Below are positions 9,167 through 18,928 of a stretch of 64,000 nucleotides of DNA, piece after piece (the first letter of the stretch is position 1; every line of letters begins with the position of its first letter). Below the pieces are notes generated by a model. The model was not told the DNA's origin. It did not search any database and saw nothing but the letters and a program-made list of their open reading frames with translations. The stretch covers positions 96,001 to 160,000 of the forward strand of contig CAXXJS010000028.1 of the NCBI GenBank assembly GCA_963662665.2, given 5' to 3'. This DNA comes from Candidatus Latescibacterota bacterium (GTDB lineage: Bacteria > Latescibacterota > UBA2968 > GCA-2709665). A program made the translations under genes and the position numbers.

Positions 9167-11500
9167 TTAGATATTGTTGACCAGCACAGGGCCGCTATTG
9201 TCCGACCAGTCCATCCGGATCCGGTCCACGGCCCCGTCCGGATGCGCGATGCGTACGTTCCAGACCTCCCCGCGACGAGTTATCCGCGAGGTGACACCCG
9301 CGCTGACGCCTTCGGTGAACGGCACGAGTGCGTAACCGGTCCGGAAGGGCAGTGTCGTCCGTTTCTTGTAGATGACGACCGGCGCTGGAACGTCCTGCTC
9401 GCTTATGGCGAGCCAGCCCTGGACCGGGTCGTTCCGTCCGCACACGAGGCGCGGCGTCATTCTGGCGAGGGGCAGGACTTCCAGGTTCGGCGGATGCATG
9501 CGTCCCGTTCGGGCGGCGCCGGTGTCCGGGTCGATCAGCACGCGGTAGGGCATGAAGTGGAAGAGCGCCTCGTAGGTGCGGCGGCCCTCGCCCGCGAGTT
9601 CGTCGAAGATCAGGAAGTAATCGGGCTTGACAAACATGACGACCCGGCGGTGGGCGACGGACGCGTCCAGTCCGGCATAACCGGCGTCGTAGGTCGCCAT
9701 GGCGACGTCGAAGCGGTCGTTGGAGCGCCACACCGTCTTGTCCCTGGCGGATTCCACCCATTCGGCAACGGTCTGTGCCCGGCGGTTCTGGCCGCAGCCG
9801 TCCACGAGCACCGTGTTGTGCGCTTCGGTTGTCCGGTAGAACGAGGTCCAGGCGTTCGGATAATACGAGGTGATTCCGGGGTCCACGATGAAGGGCAGGC
9901 CGTGGGCGTGGAGATCGAACGAGAGCATGTCTTCGTGCTGGTGAAAACGGCCGTACGGTCCGCCTTCGAAGAGGAGGTAGCGGGCGTCCCGGTCCCAGCC
10001 GCTGCGCATGACGAAGTAACCGGAGTCCCGGTGGGCGATGGAAGCATGGTCCGGCGGGCTGCCTTCTTCGCCCTCGCTGCCGATCCAGTTGGCAGATTCG
10101 CTGTTGAGAATGGCGCCCGGGCCGGCGAGTGCGTCACCGAATTTTCCGTCCAGGCTGCCGGCGTCGGAAATGGAGGGAAAGGTGAAGTCGGGTCGGTTGA
10201 TGGAGACGCACCAGTCGTACATGCGCCGGATGCCGGCTTCCAGTTCAGGATCCAGGGACCGGCCGAACTTTCCGGCCGCTTTATATGCATCCAGGAACCA
10301 CGAGGCGATCGAGATCTGATAGCCCGGGGTGAGTTCGTACGAGGCGCCGTCCGGCATCACCTGGATGTTCATGTCGTCCATCAGCCGCCTGCTGGCGGCA
10401 TCGTACCAGGCTTCGGCTTCTTGAAATTCGGGGAAGGAGCAGGCCGTAGCGAGCAGAGCCCTGCCTTCCGATATGGTCTTGTTGGAGGGCGGAAAGGATT
10501 CGAATCTGAGGAGATAGACGGTGTGTTCGTAGATGGATTTGAGCAGGTCCAGGATGGTTCGGTCTTCGGTTTCCTGACAGTCACAGAGTACGGTGAAGGC
10601 ATCGACAAGCGTATTGAACGACCGCATGCTCACAATCAGAGAGTGTCCCCAGGCCAGGCCGCCCGCACGGACGTCGAAAGGCATGGGTGTTTTGTGCATC
10701 CAGTCGCGAAGGATGGCTTCGATGCCTTTTGCATATTTGGGGTCCCGGGTCGTCGCCCAGGCTTGTTCGAGCGATTTGAAGTAGGAAAACGCGTGGATGC
10801 GGATGGACCACTCGATATATCCGTAGGGATTGGCGTCCCAGTCCACGCCGTCCGGCCAGTGGTGGTCCATAATGTAGCCGGCGAGGATGCGGTCCGCCTC
10901 ATCGATGTTTGTATCGGGGCCGGAATCGGGCGTCGTGTGCCGCCGGTCGAAGGCACTGGAACGGAAATGCGACGCGATCGCCCCAAGCCGGGCGTCCCCG
11001 TCGGTTGCCCGCGCCGCGGCTTCAAGTCCCGGATGGTCCAGATGTATGGCGGCGATGAGGGCGTCGTCCGTCATTCGCGGTCCCTGGACGATGCGGCGCT
11101 GGACCAGGCGGACGTTCCGGATTCGGCCTCCGGGCGGAACGCGGATATCGCCCGAGGACATATCGCCCCACCCCGAGGTCGGTATTCCGGCGGTATAAAA
11201 ACACTCTGCGGGGAAACGGAACTTGCGCCAGCCCCGCCAGATGTTTCCGCCGCGAGGGGAGACGATGGCGTTGAACCAATAGCCGTCGTCCTGGCTCATG
11301 CCTTCGGTACGATGCCCCGAGGTAAGCGTGCAGTAGATCTGGTCGTCTACTCCTTCCGGCAGGAAGATTTCGGCTCGGATCTCGTTCGCCCGGCCCCAGT
11401 CGCCGGTTTCCAAAGGGAGATCGATCTGTTCGCCCTGTTCGCCTTCCGCCAGGGTCCACTCGGACTCGATGGCGTCGTCCTGAAACATGGAGATGTCCAT
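9167..11500 (-). CDS. Heparinase II/III family polysaccharide lyase
   Basis: DGASYELTPGY, SGYFVMRSGW, HQHEDMLSF, VDPG and AHNTVLVDG motifs. GAAAGGAG SD upstream. Confidence 0.9.
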   Translation of the reverse strand: MDISMFQDDAIESEWTLAEGEQGEQIDLPLETGDWGRANEIRAEIFLPEGVDDQIYCTLTSGHRTEGMSQDDGYWFNAIVSPRGGNIWRGWRKFRFPAECFYTAGIPTSGWGDMSSGDIRVPPGGRIRNVRLVQRRIVQGPRMTDDALIAAIHLDHPGLEAAARATDGDARLGAIASHFRSSAFDRRHTTPDSGPDTNIDEADRILAGYIMDHHWPDGVDWDANPYGYIEWSIRIHAFSYFKSLEQAWATTRDPKYAKGIEAILRDWMHKTPMPFDVRAGGLAWGHSLIVSMRSFNTLVDAFTVLCDCQETEDRTILDLLKSIYEHTVYLLRFESFPPSNKTISEGRALLATACSFPEFQEAEAWYDAASRRLMDDMNIQVMPDGASYELTPGYQISIASWFLDAYKAAGKFGRSLDPELEAGIRRMYDWCVSINRPDFTFPSISDAGSLDGKFGDALAGPGAILNSESANWIGSEGEEGSPPDHASIAHRDSGYFVMRSGWDRDARYLLFEGGPYGRFHQHEDMLSFDLHAHGLPFIVDPGITSYYPNAWTSFYRTTEAHNTVLVDGCGQNRRAQTVAEWVESARDKTVWRSNDRFDVAMATYDAGYAGLDASVAHRRVVMFVKPDYFLIFDELAGEGRRTYEALFHFMPYRVLIDPDTGAARTGRMHPPNLEVLPLARMTPRLVCGRNDPVQGWLAISEQDVPAPVVIYKKRTTLPFRTGYALVPFTEGVSAGVTSRITRRGEVWNVRIAHPDGAVDRIRMDWSDNSGPVLVNNI

Positions 11501-11648
11501 GGGGGTCTCCTTTCGATAGAGGCAATTTACGAAATGGGGGATAGGGGTTCAAGAATCATTGCGTATGCCGTAGAGAGCCGCCTTCCTGTTTTGTTGCCGA
11601 CCGCTTTAGGGCTTGCGGATCGTCGGTCACGTGCATTTCTTATCGAAA

Positions 11649-11826
11649 CCCCCTCTCCCTTCGGAGAGGGGGTCGGGGGGAGAGGTCTCCTAAAGGCGGT
11701 AAGAAGGTAGAGGGAAGACGGTAGAAGAAATTCTTGCCAGGTATGTTATTCCACTTTGCCTCCGGCACGACAAGAAGCCTCACAAGGCAGGAAATCTCTA
11801 CCCTCTCCCGTCTCACGTCTCACCGC
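11649..11826 (+). repeat. Mosaic repeat: CCCTCTCCC..GGAGAGGGGGTCGGGGG palindrome joined to a heptamer-ended miniature element
   Basis: Similar blocks occur at 44013-44265 and 46224-46413. Ends in ctcaccgc. Confidence 0.8.
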
Positions 11827-11902
11827 TTTTTGCTGATTTCCGGTTTTCCCTTTGTGTCTTCATGCCTTCGTGTGAGTCAGACTTTTTTCGACGGGAGTAC
11901 TG

Positions 11903-13099
11903 ATGGGTATTCGTCTCGGGATCTGTGGCACCGGAGCGTTCGCAAACTCGTTCATCCCGTTGTTCAAAGCGCATCCGGACGTCGACCACGTGGTATTGTG
12001 CGACCTGGATGCAGAGAAGCTGGCTGAGAAATCCGCTCGTTTCGAAGTGCCTGATACGTATCCGTCTCTCGATGCGCTTTGCGCGGCCGACGTGGATGCG
12101 ATTGCGATCATTACGCAGCACCATCTGCACGGGCCACAGGCGGTTCAGGCCCTGCGCAGTGGCAAGCACGTGTATTCGGCGGTGCCGTCAGCCGTGAGCC
12201 TGGAAGAAATAGCCGGGCTTGTAAAGGCGGTGGAGGAAACGGGGTTGATCTATATGATCGGGGAGACGAGTTTTTATTACCCGTGTACGATCTATTGCCG
12301 GAACCGCTTTCAGACGGGAGATTTCGGACATATCGTTTACGGTGAGGCGGAGTACTACCACGATTACTCGCACGGACTCTATGCCGTTGCGCAGTGGCGG
12401 CACGGCGAGAATTGGAAGCAGTATTTCGGGGCGCCTCCCCTTTTTTATCCCACGCATTCGACAAGCATGATCGTGTCGGTGACAGGGGCGCATGCCACGC
12501 ACGTAAGCGGGATGGGGTTCGTGGACCGGCATGAGGATAATCTGTACGCACGTGAAGACAATGTCTGGAAGAACCCGTTCAGCAACCAGACGATGTTGTG
12601 CAAAATGTCGGATGGGAGTATCGCGCGCTTCAACGAGTTCCGGAGGATAGGACATCCGGGCACGGTTGGGATGAGCCTGTATGGGACGGACGCCGGTTAC
12701 GAGGAGCAGGTGGGCGGACAGGTGTGGATCACAAAGGACCGGAAAGCCTGCGTTGACCTGACCTCGGAGCTATCATGCGAAGGCGTATTTGCCGGTCCGG
12801 CCGACGACCCGATGGGTGCCGTCACGGGAGACGACGGGACGCACCAGGGCGCGTCGCGCGTACATCCGGTGCATCTGCTGCCCAGGGAGTTTGTCGGGTT
12901 GGGAAACGGGCATAAGGGGGCCCATCAGTTCCTGGTGCATGATTTCGTCACGGCGTGCGTGACCGGCGAAACGCCGTCCAATAACGTCTGGCAGGCGGCG
13001 CGGTACCTGGTCCCGGGGCTGGTAGCGCACGAGTCCGCGATGAATGGCGGCGCGTTAACGGCAGTGCCCGACTTTGGAGACGGCACGAAAGGGCCATGA
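11903..13099 (+). CDS. Gfo/Idh/MocA family oxidoreductase
   Basis: N-terminal GICGTGAF Rossmann fold, GKHVYSAVP, and YPTHS. Confidence 0.9.
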   Translation: MGIRLGICGTGAFANSFIPLFKAHPDVDHVVLCDLDAEKLAEKSARFEVPDTYPSLDALCAADVDAIAIITQHHLHGPQAVQALRSGKHVYSAVPSAVSLEEIAGLVKAVEETGLIYMIGETSFYYPCTIYCRNRFQTGDFGHIVYGEAEYYHDYSHGLYAVAQWRHGENWKQYFGAPPLFYPTHSTSMIVSVTGAHATHVSGMGFVDRHEDNLYAREDNVWKNPFSNQTMLCKMSDGSIARFNEFRRIGHPGTVGMSLYGTDAGYEEQVGGQVWITKDRKACVDLTSELSCEGVFAGPADDPMGAVTGDDGTHQGASRVHPVHLLPREFVGLGNGHKGAHQFLVHDFVTACVTGETPSNNVWQAARYLVPGLVAHESAMNGGALTAVPDFGDGTKGP

Positions 13100-13203
13100 G
13101 AGGGAAGCCGCGAGAGGCGAATCGAGAGGTTAACGCTAAAGAGACGCGTGGTCGTGTTCTTTACGGGACAGCAGGTATAACTGGCTTTCATTAAGGGAGA
13201 AAC

Positions 13204-13524
13204 ATGGCGGTTAAGCGAACTTCTGGAGAGGGATGGGCGTTTGTTTCCGACGATGTGCCTGACATTGACGTGGAAGTACTGGTTTCCCGCGCGCCGGAGG
13301 AGCAGAAGATTCGGATTTCGCTGGAGAAAAGGAAGCGGGGCAAAGTGGTGACGCTGGCCGGCGGTCTGGTGCTGGCGAAGGGAGATATGAAGGACCTGGC
13401 GCGTGCGTTGCGGGAAGCGTGTGGGACGGGCGGGACGATTCGCGGGGAAACGATCGAGTTGCAGGGAGATTGCAGGAGCCACGTCAGGGCGTGGCTCATG
13501 GAGAATGGTTGGGGGCTTCGATAA
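13204..13524 (+). CDS. yciH: Translation initiation factor SUI1/eIF1 homologue (YciH-like)
   Basis: RKRGKVVT, LREACGTGGT and IELQGD motifs. AAGGGAG SD. Confidence 0.88.
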   Translation: MAVKRTSGEGWAFVSDDVPDIDVEVLVSRAPEEQKIRISLEKRKRGKVVTLAGGLVLAKGDMKDLARALREACGTGGTIRGETIELQGDCRSHVRAWLMENGWGLR

Positions 13525-13736
13525 TAGAACAAGAATGTCAGCTGTCAGCCATCAGCGTTCAGCTTGAACCGAAAAACCAAACACCACAATCCTTGCAAAT
13601 ACGACACCGCGAATCCATGGTCGAGTGGTGCGGCCCTCTTACGTCTCCCGTCTCACCTCTCCCGGCATGAATTAACCGATCAGTGAGCCGATCACTGACT
13701 GATGACAGCGCCACACCTATAGCGGAGAACTTAACC

Positions 13737-15275
13737 ATGGCCATGGTAGATTGCGATGCGCTGATCCTGGGCGGCGGGCATAACGGACTGGTTGCGGCAT
13801 CCTACCTGGCGGATGCCGGAATGGACGTGCTGTTACTGGAACGCCGGGACCTCCTGGGGGGCGCCTGTGCAACCGAAGAGCTGTTCCCCGGGTACCGGTT
13901 TTCGTCCTGTTCCTACATCTGCCACCTGTTACAGGACCGGGTGATCGACGAGTTGGGCCTTAGGGAACACGGGTTCGACGTGTATCACCTGGATCCCTCC
14001 CGGTTTCAGCCCTTTCCCGACGGCTCCGCCCTCCGCCTCTGGGACGACCTGGATCGCAGCCAGGCGGAACTCGCCCGGTTCTCGCACAAGGACGCGGAGG
14101 CCTATCCCGAATGGCTCGCTTTCTGGGAACGGGCGGCGGGAATCATCTACCCGTATTTTCTGACGCCGCCGCCCACGATAAGTGAGATTGCCGCGCGTGT
14201 GAGGGGAACGGAGGACGAGGCGCTTCTGGACCGCCTGCTGACGACCAGCATGACCGACCTCGTAACCGGCTTTTTCGAGTCAGACCATGCCCAGGGCGCG
14301 TTTATCCAGGCGCAGGACGTGGGCGATCCCGCGGCGCCGGGCAGCGCGTGGGTTTACACGTACATCAAATGCGGCGTGTTCGGACGGCCGGAGAACGTGG
14401 GGATCGTCAAGGGCGGGATGGGTGGCATCGCCAACGCCCTTGCGAGAGCGGCGAGAGCGCGTGGGGCGGTCTTGCAGACGGGCGCGGAAGTCGAGCGGAT
14501 TCTATTGTCGAATGGAAGCGCGTGCGGCGTAGCGCTTGCCGACGGCACGGAGATCCGCAGCCGTATGGTGGTTTCCAATGCGGATCCCAAGCGTACGTTC
14601 CTGAAACTGCTGCCGCCCGATGCGCTGGATGCGCGATTCGTGGCGCGCGCGAGGGGCCTGAAAACCAGAACGGCCTATCTGAAGTTTCACGCGGCGCTCA
14701 CCGGTCTGCCTGATTTCGCGAGGGGCGAATCGGGATACGATCCGCGCTGGTTTGCGGAGATCAAGATTTGCCCGTCTATCGGCTACTTCGCCCGCGCCTG
14801 GGACGACGCGCGGCGGGGTGATCCCGCCACGGAACCCGTGATCGAAGTGCAGATACCATCGGTCTACGACGACACGATGGCGCCTCCCGGCCACCACGTG
14901 ATGTCCGTTTGGGCCCTGTATGCACCCGTGAGCCCGCGCGATGGAACCTGGGACGAACGACGTGAAGAGGTGGGGGAGCGCCTCATCGATACGCTCTCGG
15001 TCTACGCGCCGAACCTGAGGGACATTCTGGTGGACTGGTCGCTATTCACACCGCACGACCTGGAGGACCGCGTGGGCCTTACCGACGGCAATATCAGGCA
15101 CCTGGACATCGTTCCGGACCAGTTCCTCGCACAGCGGCCGCTGGGTGGATGGTCTCGCTACGCGACGCCCATCAAGAACCTCTATCTCTGCGGCGCGGGC
15201 ACCCACCCGGGCGGCGAGGTGACCGGCGCCCCGGGGCATAATGCCGCGAAGGCCATTTTGGAGGATTGGGGATAG
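13737..15275 (+). CDS. Phytoene-dehydrogenase-like FAD-dependent oxidoreductase (COG1233)
   Basis: GGGHNGLVAA, LERR..LGGA, VKGGMG and LYLCGAGTHPGGEVTGAPGHNAA motifs. Confidence 0.92.
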   Translation: MAMVDCDALILGGGHNGLVAASYLADAGMDVLLLERRDLLGGACATEELFPGYRFSSCSYICHLLQDRVIDELGLREHGFDVYHLDPSRFQPFPDGSALRLWDDLDRSQAELARFSHKDAEAYPEWLAFWERAAGIIYPYFLTPPPTISEIAARVRGTEDEALLDRLLTTSMTDLVTGFFESDHAQGAFIQAQDVGDPAAPGSAWVYTYIKCGVFGRPENVGIVKGGMGGIANALARAARARGAVLQTGAEVERILLSNGSACGVALADGTEIRSRMVVSNADPKRTFLKLLPPDALDARFVARARGLKTRTAYLKFHAALTGLPDFARGESGYDPRWFAEIKICPSIGYFARAWDDARRGDPATEPVIEVQIPSVYDDTMAPPGHHVMSVWALYAPVSPRDGTWDERREEVGERLIDTLSVYAPNLRDILVDWSLFTPHDLEDRVGLTDGNIRHLDIVPDQFLAQRPLGGWSRYATPIKNLYLCGAGTHPGGEVTGAPGHNAAKAILEDWG

Positions 15276-15323
15276 CGGGCGAGTTGCGTGCTCACAGCAT
15301 CCGCCCACCAGGCATAATGGAGA

Positions 15324-16667
15324 TCAGAATCGGAGGGTGAACACCGTTTCTTCTTCGGGCGTGGATTGAACGCTGATGGCGCCGCGATGCTGGCGCATAA
15401 TCTGGCGGCACAGCGACAGGCCGATACCCGATCCTTCCTGCTTCGTCGTGAAAAACGGAATAAAGATGCGCTCCTGCACGTCTTTGAGGATGCCCGGTCC
15501 ATTGTCTCGTACGCGGATGAGAACGCGGCCTCTCCGGTCGAGAAGGGCAACCAGGGCGATGCGGGAGGCGCCGCGCCCGGCAAGCGCGTGCATGGCGTTC
15601 CGAAGGAGATTGATGAGCACCTGCTCGATGAGTTCGGGGTCGGCAGTGACTTCGAGAGACGCGGGATCGACTTCAGTGTGCAGCTCGATACCTGCTTTTT
15701 CGCATTCAGGTTGCATGAGGGACACAACACGGTCAAAAAGACCCGTGACGGGACAGATTTTGAAGTCCGGACTGGGAATCCGCGTGAGCTGGCGGTAGGT
15801 ATCCACAAAGTGGTGCAGGCCTTCGCTGCGCGACTGTATGGTCTGAAGGGCGGTGTGCACGTCCGTCACGGTCTGTGGATCGAGTGACGACGCGCGACCG
15901 GATTCGGGGAAATGGCCGCGTAGGGTGGAGGCGAGGGACGAAATGGGTGTGATCGAGTTCATGATTTCGTGTATGAGTACCCGAATAAGCTTCTGCCACG
16001 CTTCCATTTCCTGTTCTTCGAGTTCGCTCTGTATATCCTGTACGGAGGCGAGAGTATACGATTCCCCCCGCATCCGTATCTCCGTGGCGTGAATTACAAT
16101 CTGAAAGAGGTCGTCCTCGTCCTGAACCTTGACCAGTGTCCGGTCGCCCGGCCGCAGGCGCAGAAGTGTTTCGGAGAGGGTCTTGCTTACCGGTTCCAGT
16201 TCGCGCACATTGTGGATATGGGGCCTGCGAAGCAAGCGTTGGGCGGCGGTGTTCATCAGTTCGATGCGTCCGTCGGATCCATAGCAGACCAGCCCCACGC
16301 CCACGTGTTGCACCACGGTCTGCAGGTACTGGAAGTTTTCTTCTTTTTCCGTCCGTGTTCTCCGGAAGGCGTTCAATACGTCGTTGAAAGCCTTCTTGAG
16401 ATCGTCGAATGCGGACCCGAGTCCGCGGCCGCTGAAGGACTGGGAGAAGTCTTCGTACCGGATGGCCTGCAGAAAGCGGGTGAGGTCCCGGTTGGTGCGC
16501 TCCACGTAGTGGATGAGGGCATAAGCCTGGTAGAGTGCGATGCCGGCCAGGATGAGGACGGTGGTGTAGTAGGTCGTCTGAAAGAGGACGAACGCAAGGG
16601 CGCAGATCGTGGCGCTCAGAAAGGCCACCCTCACGATGCAGCGGGTCCTGAAGTGTCTAAAGACCAT
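15324..16667 (-). CDS. Sensor histidine kinase (2 TM, PAS-like, HisKA/HATPase)
   Basis: HEIMNSITPI H-box, NLLRNA, DNGPG, FFTTK and GSGIGL. Overlaps the regulator stop. Confidence 0.95.
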   Translation of the reverse strand: MVFRHFRTRCIVRVAFLSATICALAFVLFQTTYYTTVLILAGIALYQAYALIHYVERTNRDLTRFLQAIRYEDFSQSFSGRGLGSAFDDLKKAFNDVLNAFRRTRTEKEENFQYLQTVVQHVGVGLVCYGSDGRIELMNTAAQRLLRRPHIHNVRELEPVSKTLSETLLRLRPGDRTLVKVQDEDDLFQIVIHATEIRMRGESYTLASVQDIQSELEEQEMEAWQKLIRVLIHEIMNSITPISSLASTLRGHFPESGRASSLDPQTVTDVHTALQTIQSRSEGLHHFVDTYRQLTRIPSPDFKICPVTGLFDRVVSLMQPECEKAGIELHTEVDPASLEVTADPELIEQVLINLLRNAMHALAGRGASRIALVALLDRRGRVLIRVRDNGPGILKDVQERIFIPFFTTKQEGSGIGLSLCRQIMRQHRGAISVQSTPEEETVFTLRF

Positions 16668-18033
16668 ATTTTTCCAGCCTGCGGTATAGAGCGCTGCGCG
16701 TGATGCCCAGTTCCCGGGCGGTGTGGCTGATGTTGCCCTCGTGCTTCTCGATGGCTTTGCGGATTGCGGTTTTCTCGATGCGTTCCAGATTGAAGTCTTC
16801 GCAGTGAATGTGGTCGCCCGCGGTGGTATCCGGCGTACTGAGCGGAAAGTCCGACGGTTGCAGCGTTCCGTTTTCGTTCATGATGACGGCGCGTTCGATG
16901 GCGTGCTGGAGTTCGCGGACGTTCCCGGGCCAGGAATACCCCTTGAGTCTTACCAGGGTGCGGGGATGCACGCCGATGCGGGGCTTCTTGTATTTCCTGC
17001 AATACCTGTCCAGAAAGTTGCCGATGAGGAGCGGCAGGTCTTCGCGGCGGTCCCGGAGTGGCGGGAGCCGGATTTCAACGGTGTTGACGCGGTAGAGCAG
17101 GTCCTGGCGGAACTCGTTCCGTGCGGCCAGTTCGTGGATGGGCGTATTGGTGGCGCAGACGAGCCGGATGTCAATGGGGACCGGCTTGTTGGTTCCCAGG
17201 CGAAAAACATTGCGTTTTTCGAGTACGGTGAGCAGCTTGGCCTGAAGCGGCAGTGAGAGGTTACCGATTTCGTCCAGGAAAAGCGTCCCGCCCGATGCTG
17301 TTTCAAAACGCCCCGCCCGGTCTTCTCTGGCGTCTGTAAAGGCGCCTTTTTTGTGCCCGAAGAGTTCGCTTTCGAAGAGGGTCTCGGGAACGGCGCCGAG
17401 GTCCACGTGGATGAAGACCTGGTCCGCGCGGCCGGAATGACGGTGAAGGGCGCGGGCGACGGCGTCTTTGCCCGTTCCGTTGTCGCCCAGGATTAGTACG
17501 TTGGCGTCCGTGGCGGCGACCTTGCGGATGGATTCGAAAACGTCGCGCATCACCGGAGACACGGCCACAATGCCGGGAAACTGCCTGTCCAGGTCGGCGT
17601 GGAGCTGCCGCTGGCGGGAGCGCAGCCGGAAGACGTCGAGGCGCGACCGGCGGAGCCTGGCTGCCGCGGACAGCGTGGCCAGCAGTTTCTCGTTCTGCCA
17701 GGGCTTGAGTACAAAGTCCGTGGCGCCCTCCTTGATGGCCTGAACGGCCGTCTTGACGTCGCCGAACGCCGTGATCAGGACCACCACGGCGGAGGCGTCC
17801 ATTTCCAGGATCCGCCGCAGCCAGTGAAATCCTTCCTTTCCCGACGTGGCGTCCTGGGCGAAGTTCATATCCAGGAGGATCACGTCGTACGCGTCGTTCT
17901 GCAGCAGTTCGGGAATGCGGTTTGGATCGGCTTCGGTATCCACGCTCCCCGCGTGCTGCTTTAGGAAGAGTTGTGCCGCCAGCAGCACGTCGTGGTCGTC
18001 GTCGACAATCAGGATTTTATCGAATGTCTTCAT
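16657..18033 (-). CDS. Sigma54-dependent response regulator (NtrC family: REC, AAA+, Fis HTH)
   Basis: [49 protein letters not shown] and a C-terminal HTH. GGAG SD before ATG 18033. Confidence 0.97.
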   Translation of the reverse strand: MKTFDKILIVDDDHDVLLAAQLFLKQHAGSVDTEADPNRIPELLQNDAYDVILLDMNFAQDATSGKEGFHWLRRILEMDASAVVVLITAFGDVKTAVQAIKEGATDFVLKPWQNEKLLATLSAAARLRRSRLDVFRLRSRQRQLHADLDRQFPGIVAVSPVMRDVFESIRKVAATDANVLILGDNGTGKDAVARALHRHSGRADQVFIHVDLGAVPETLFESELFGHKKGAFTDAREDRAGRFETASGGTLFLDEIGNLSLPLQAKLLTVLEKRNVFRLGTNKPVPIDIRLVCATNTPIHELAARNEFRQDLLYRVNTVEIRLPPLRDRREDLPLLIGNFLDRYCRKYKKPRIGVHPRTLVRLKGYSWPGNVRELQHAIERAVIMNENGTLQPSDFPLSTPDTTAGDHIHCEDFNLERIEKTAIRKAIEKHEGNISHTARELGITRSALYRRLEKYGL

Positions 18034-18247
18034 TGATGCTCCAGGGCGTTCGAGCATGGCTTGACGGGCGGTATCCGCGTCCCGTGCGGGCGAGCGGACC
18101 GGCGGCCAATCACGCTGGAGGTTTTTCAGCTTATGACAAAAGACGCATTTTTCGTGCCAATACGCCTCCTTGATCGAATTTGCGCACAACCATAATGATC
18201 ACATAGACTTACCCTGTCAAGCGGTTCGAGGACCGGCGCCCGCCATG

Positions 18248-18364
18248 TGTTCATTTTCGCACACTACTGTATCATTAGCGGACACCGGGGCGCGGGCCTT
18301 TTTCCGCATCGCATCGCTAAGTACCTGTAAAAGCGGGTGAAATCCGCGTGGCACGCCCGTTGCT
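18248..18364 (+). promoter_or_regulatory. Sigma54 promoter 1 with tandem upstream activator boxes
   Basis: TGGCAC-GCCCG-TTGCT at 18349-18364 (GG-N10-GC). Boxes TGTTCATTTTCGCACA 18248-18263 and TGTATCATTAGCGGACA 18268-18284. Confidence 0.85.
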
Positions 18365-18429
18365 TATGTTATCGTCGGGTCGATTCCGACATGCGCCGGA
18401 TGTATCCGTCGCGGATGTACATCGCCCAT

Positions 18430-18928
18430 TTCGTCATTCGGAGCGAACTTGCAGAGTGCGCGGACGTGCCGCCTGCCAGGTCGGGCTCAGTGCCATAAGC
18501 TCGGGGATCAAGCCATGCTGCAGTAGATCCTTCGTCAGCCAGCCTGCCGGTGACTCTCTGGCAGGCAGGGAGGCTTCCTCAGGATGGCAGTTTGGGCGAG
18601 CGGGCGACGGATACGTTTCGCCAACGGCTATTGCAACGCATGTCATTCTGAGCGCAGCGAAGAATCTCCCGTCTTCTCGGCTTGCCGTGCAGCGGAAGCA
18701 TTCAACAACCCATATGCGCGGAGGCTTCGTTTCCATGACGGCTTCCTCAGGATGGCAGTTTGGGCGAGCAGGCGACGGATACTTTTCGCCAACGGCTATT
18801 GCAACGCATGTCATTCTGAGCGCAGCGAAGAATCTAACGTCTTCCGCACTGTCCAAATGTCAGAGATCCGGGTAAAACCATATGCGCGGACACATCATCT
18901 ATGAATCCAATCCGCGAGGAGTCGACTG
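18430..18928. repeat. BIME-like mosaic spacer S0 (two 168-bp units)
   Basis: ggcttcctcaggatg at 18572 and 18740. tgtcattctgagcgcagcgaagaatct at 18641 and 18809. Confidence 0.9.

Noticed and set aside
9143-11710. 855-aa plus-strand ORF
   Set aside because: Antisense shadow of the heparinase gene in GC-rich DNA, with no recognisable motifs.
18348-18904. ORFs over the spacers (also 21623-22213, 24489-24860, 27760-28824) with repeated 'RFFAALRMT' or 'CHSERSEES' peptides
   Set aside because: These are translations of the palindromic repeat, whose unit length is a multiple of 3. They have no SD and overlap the sigma54 promoter or real genes.
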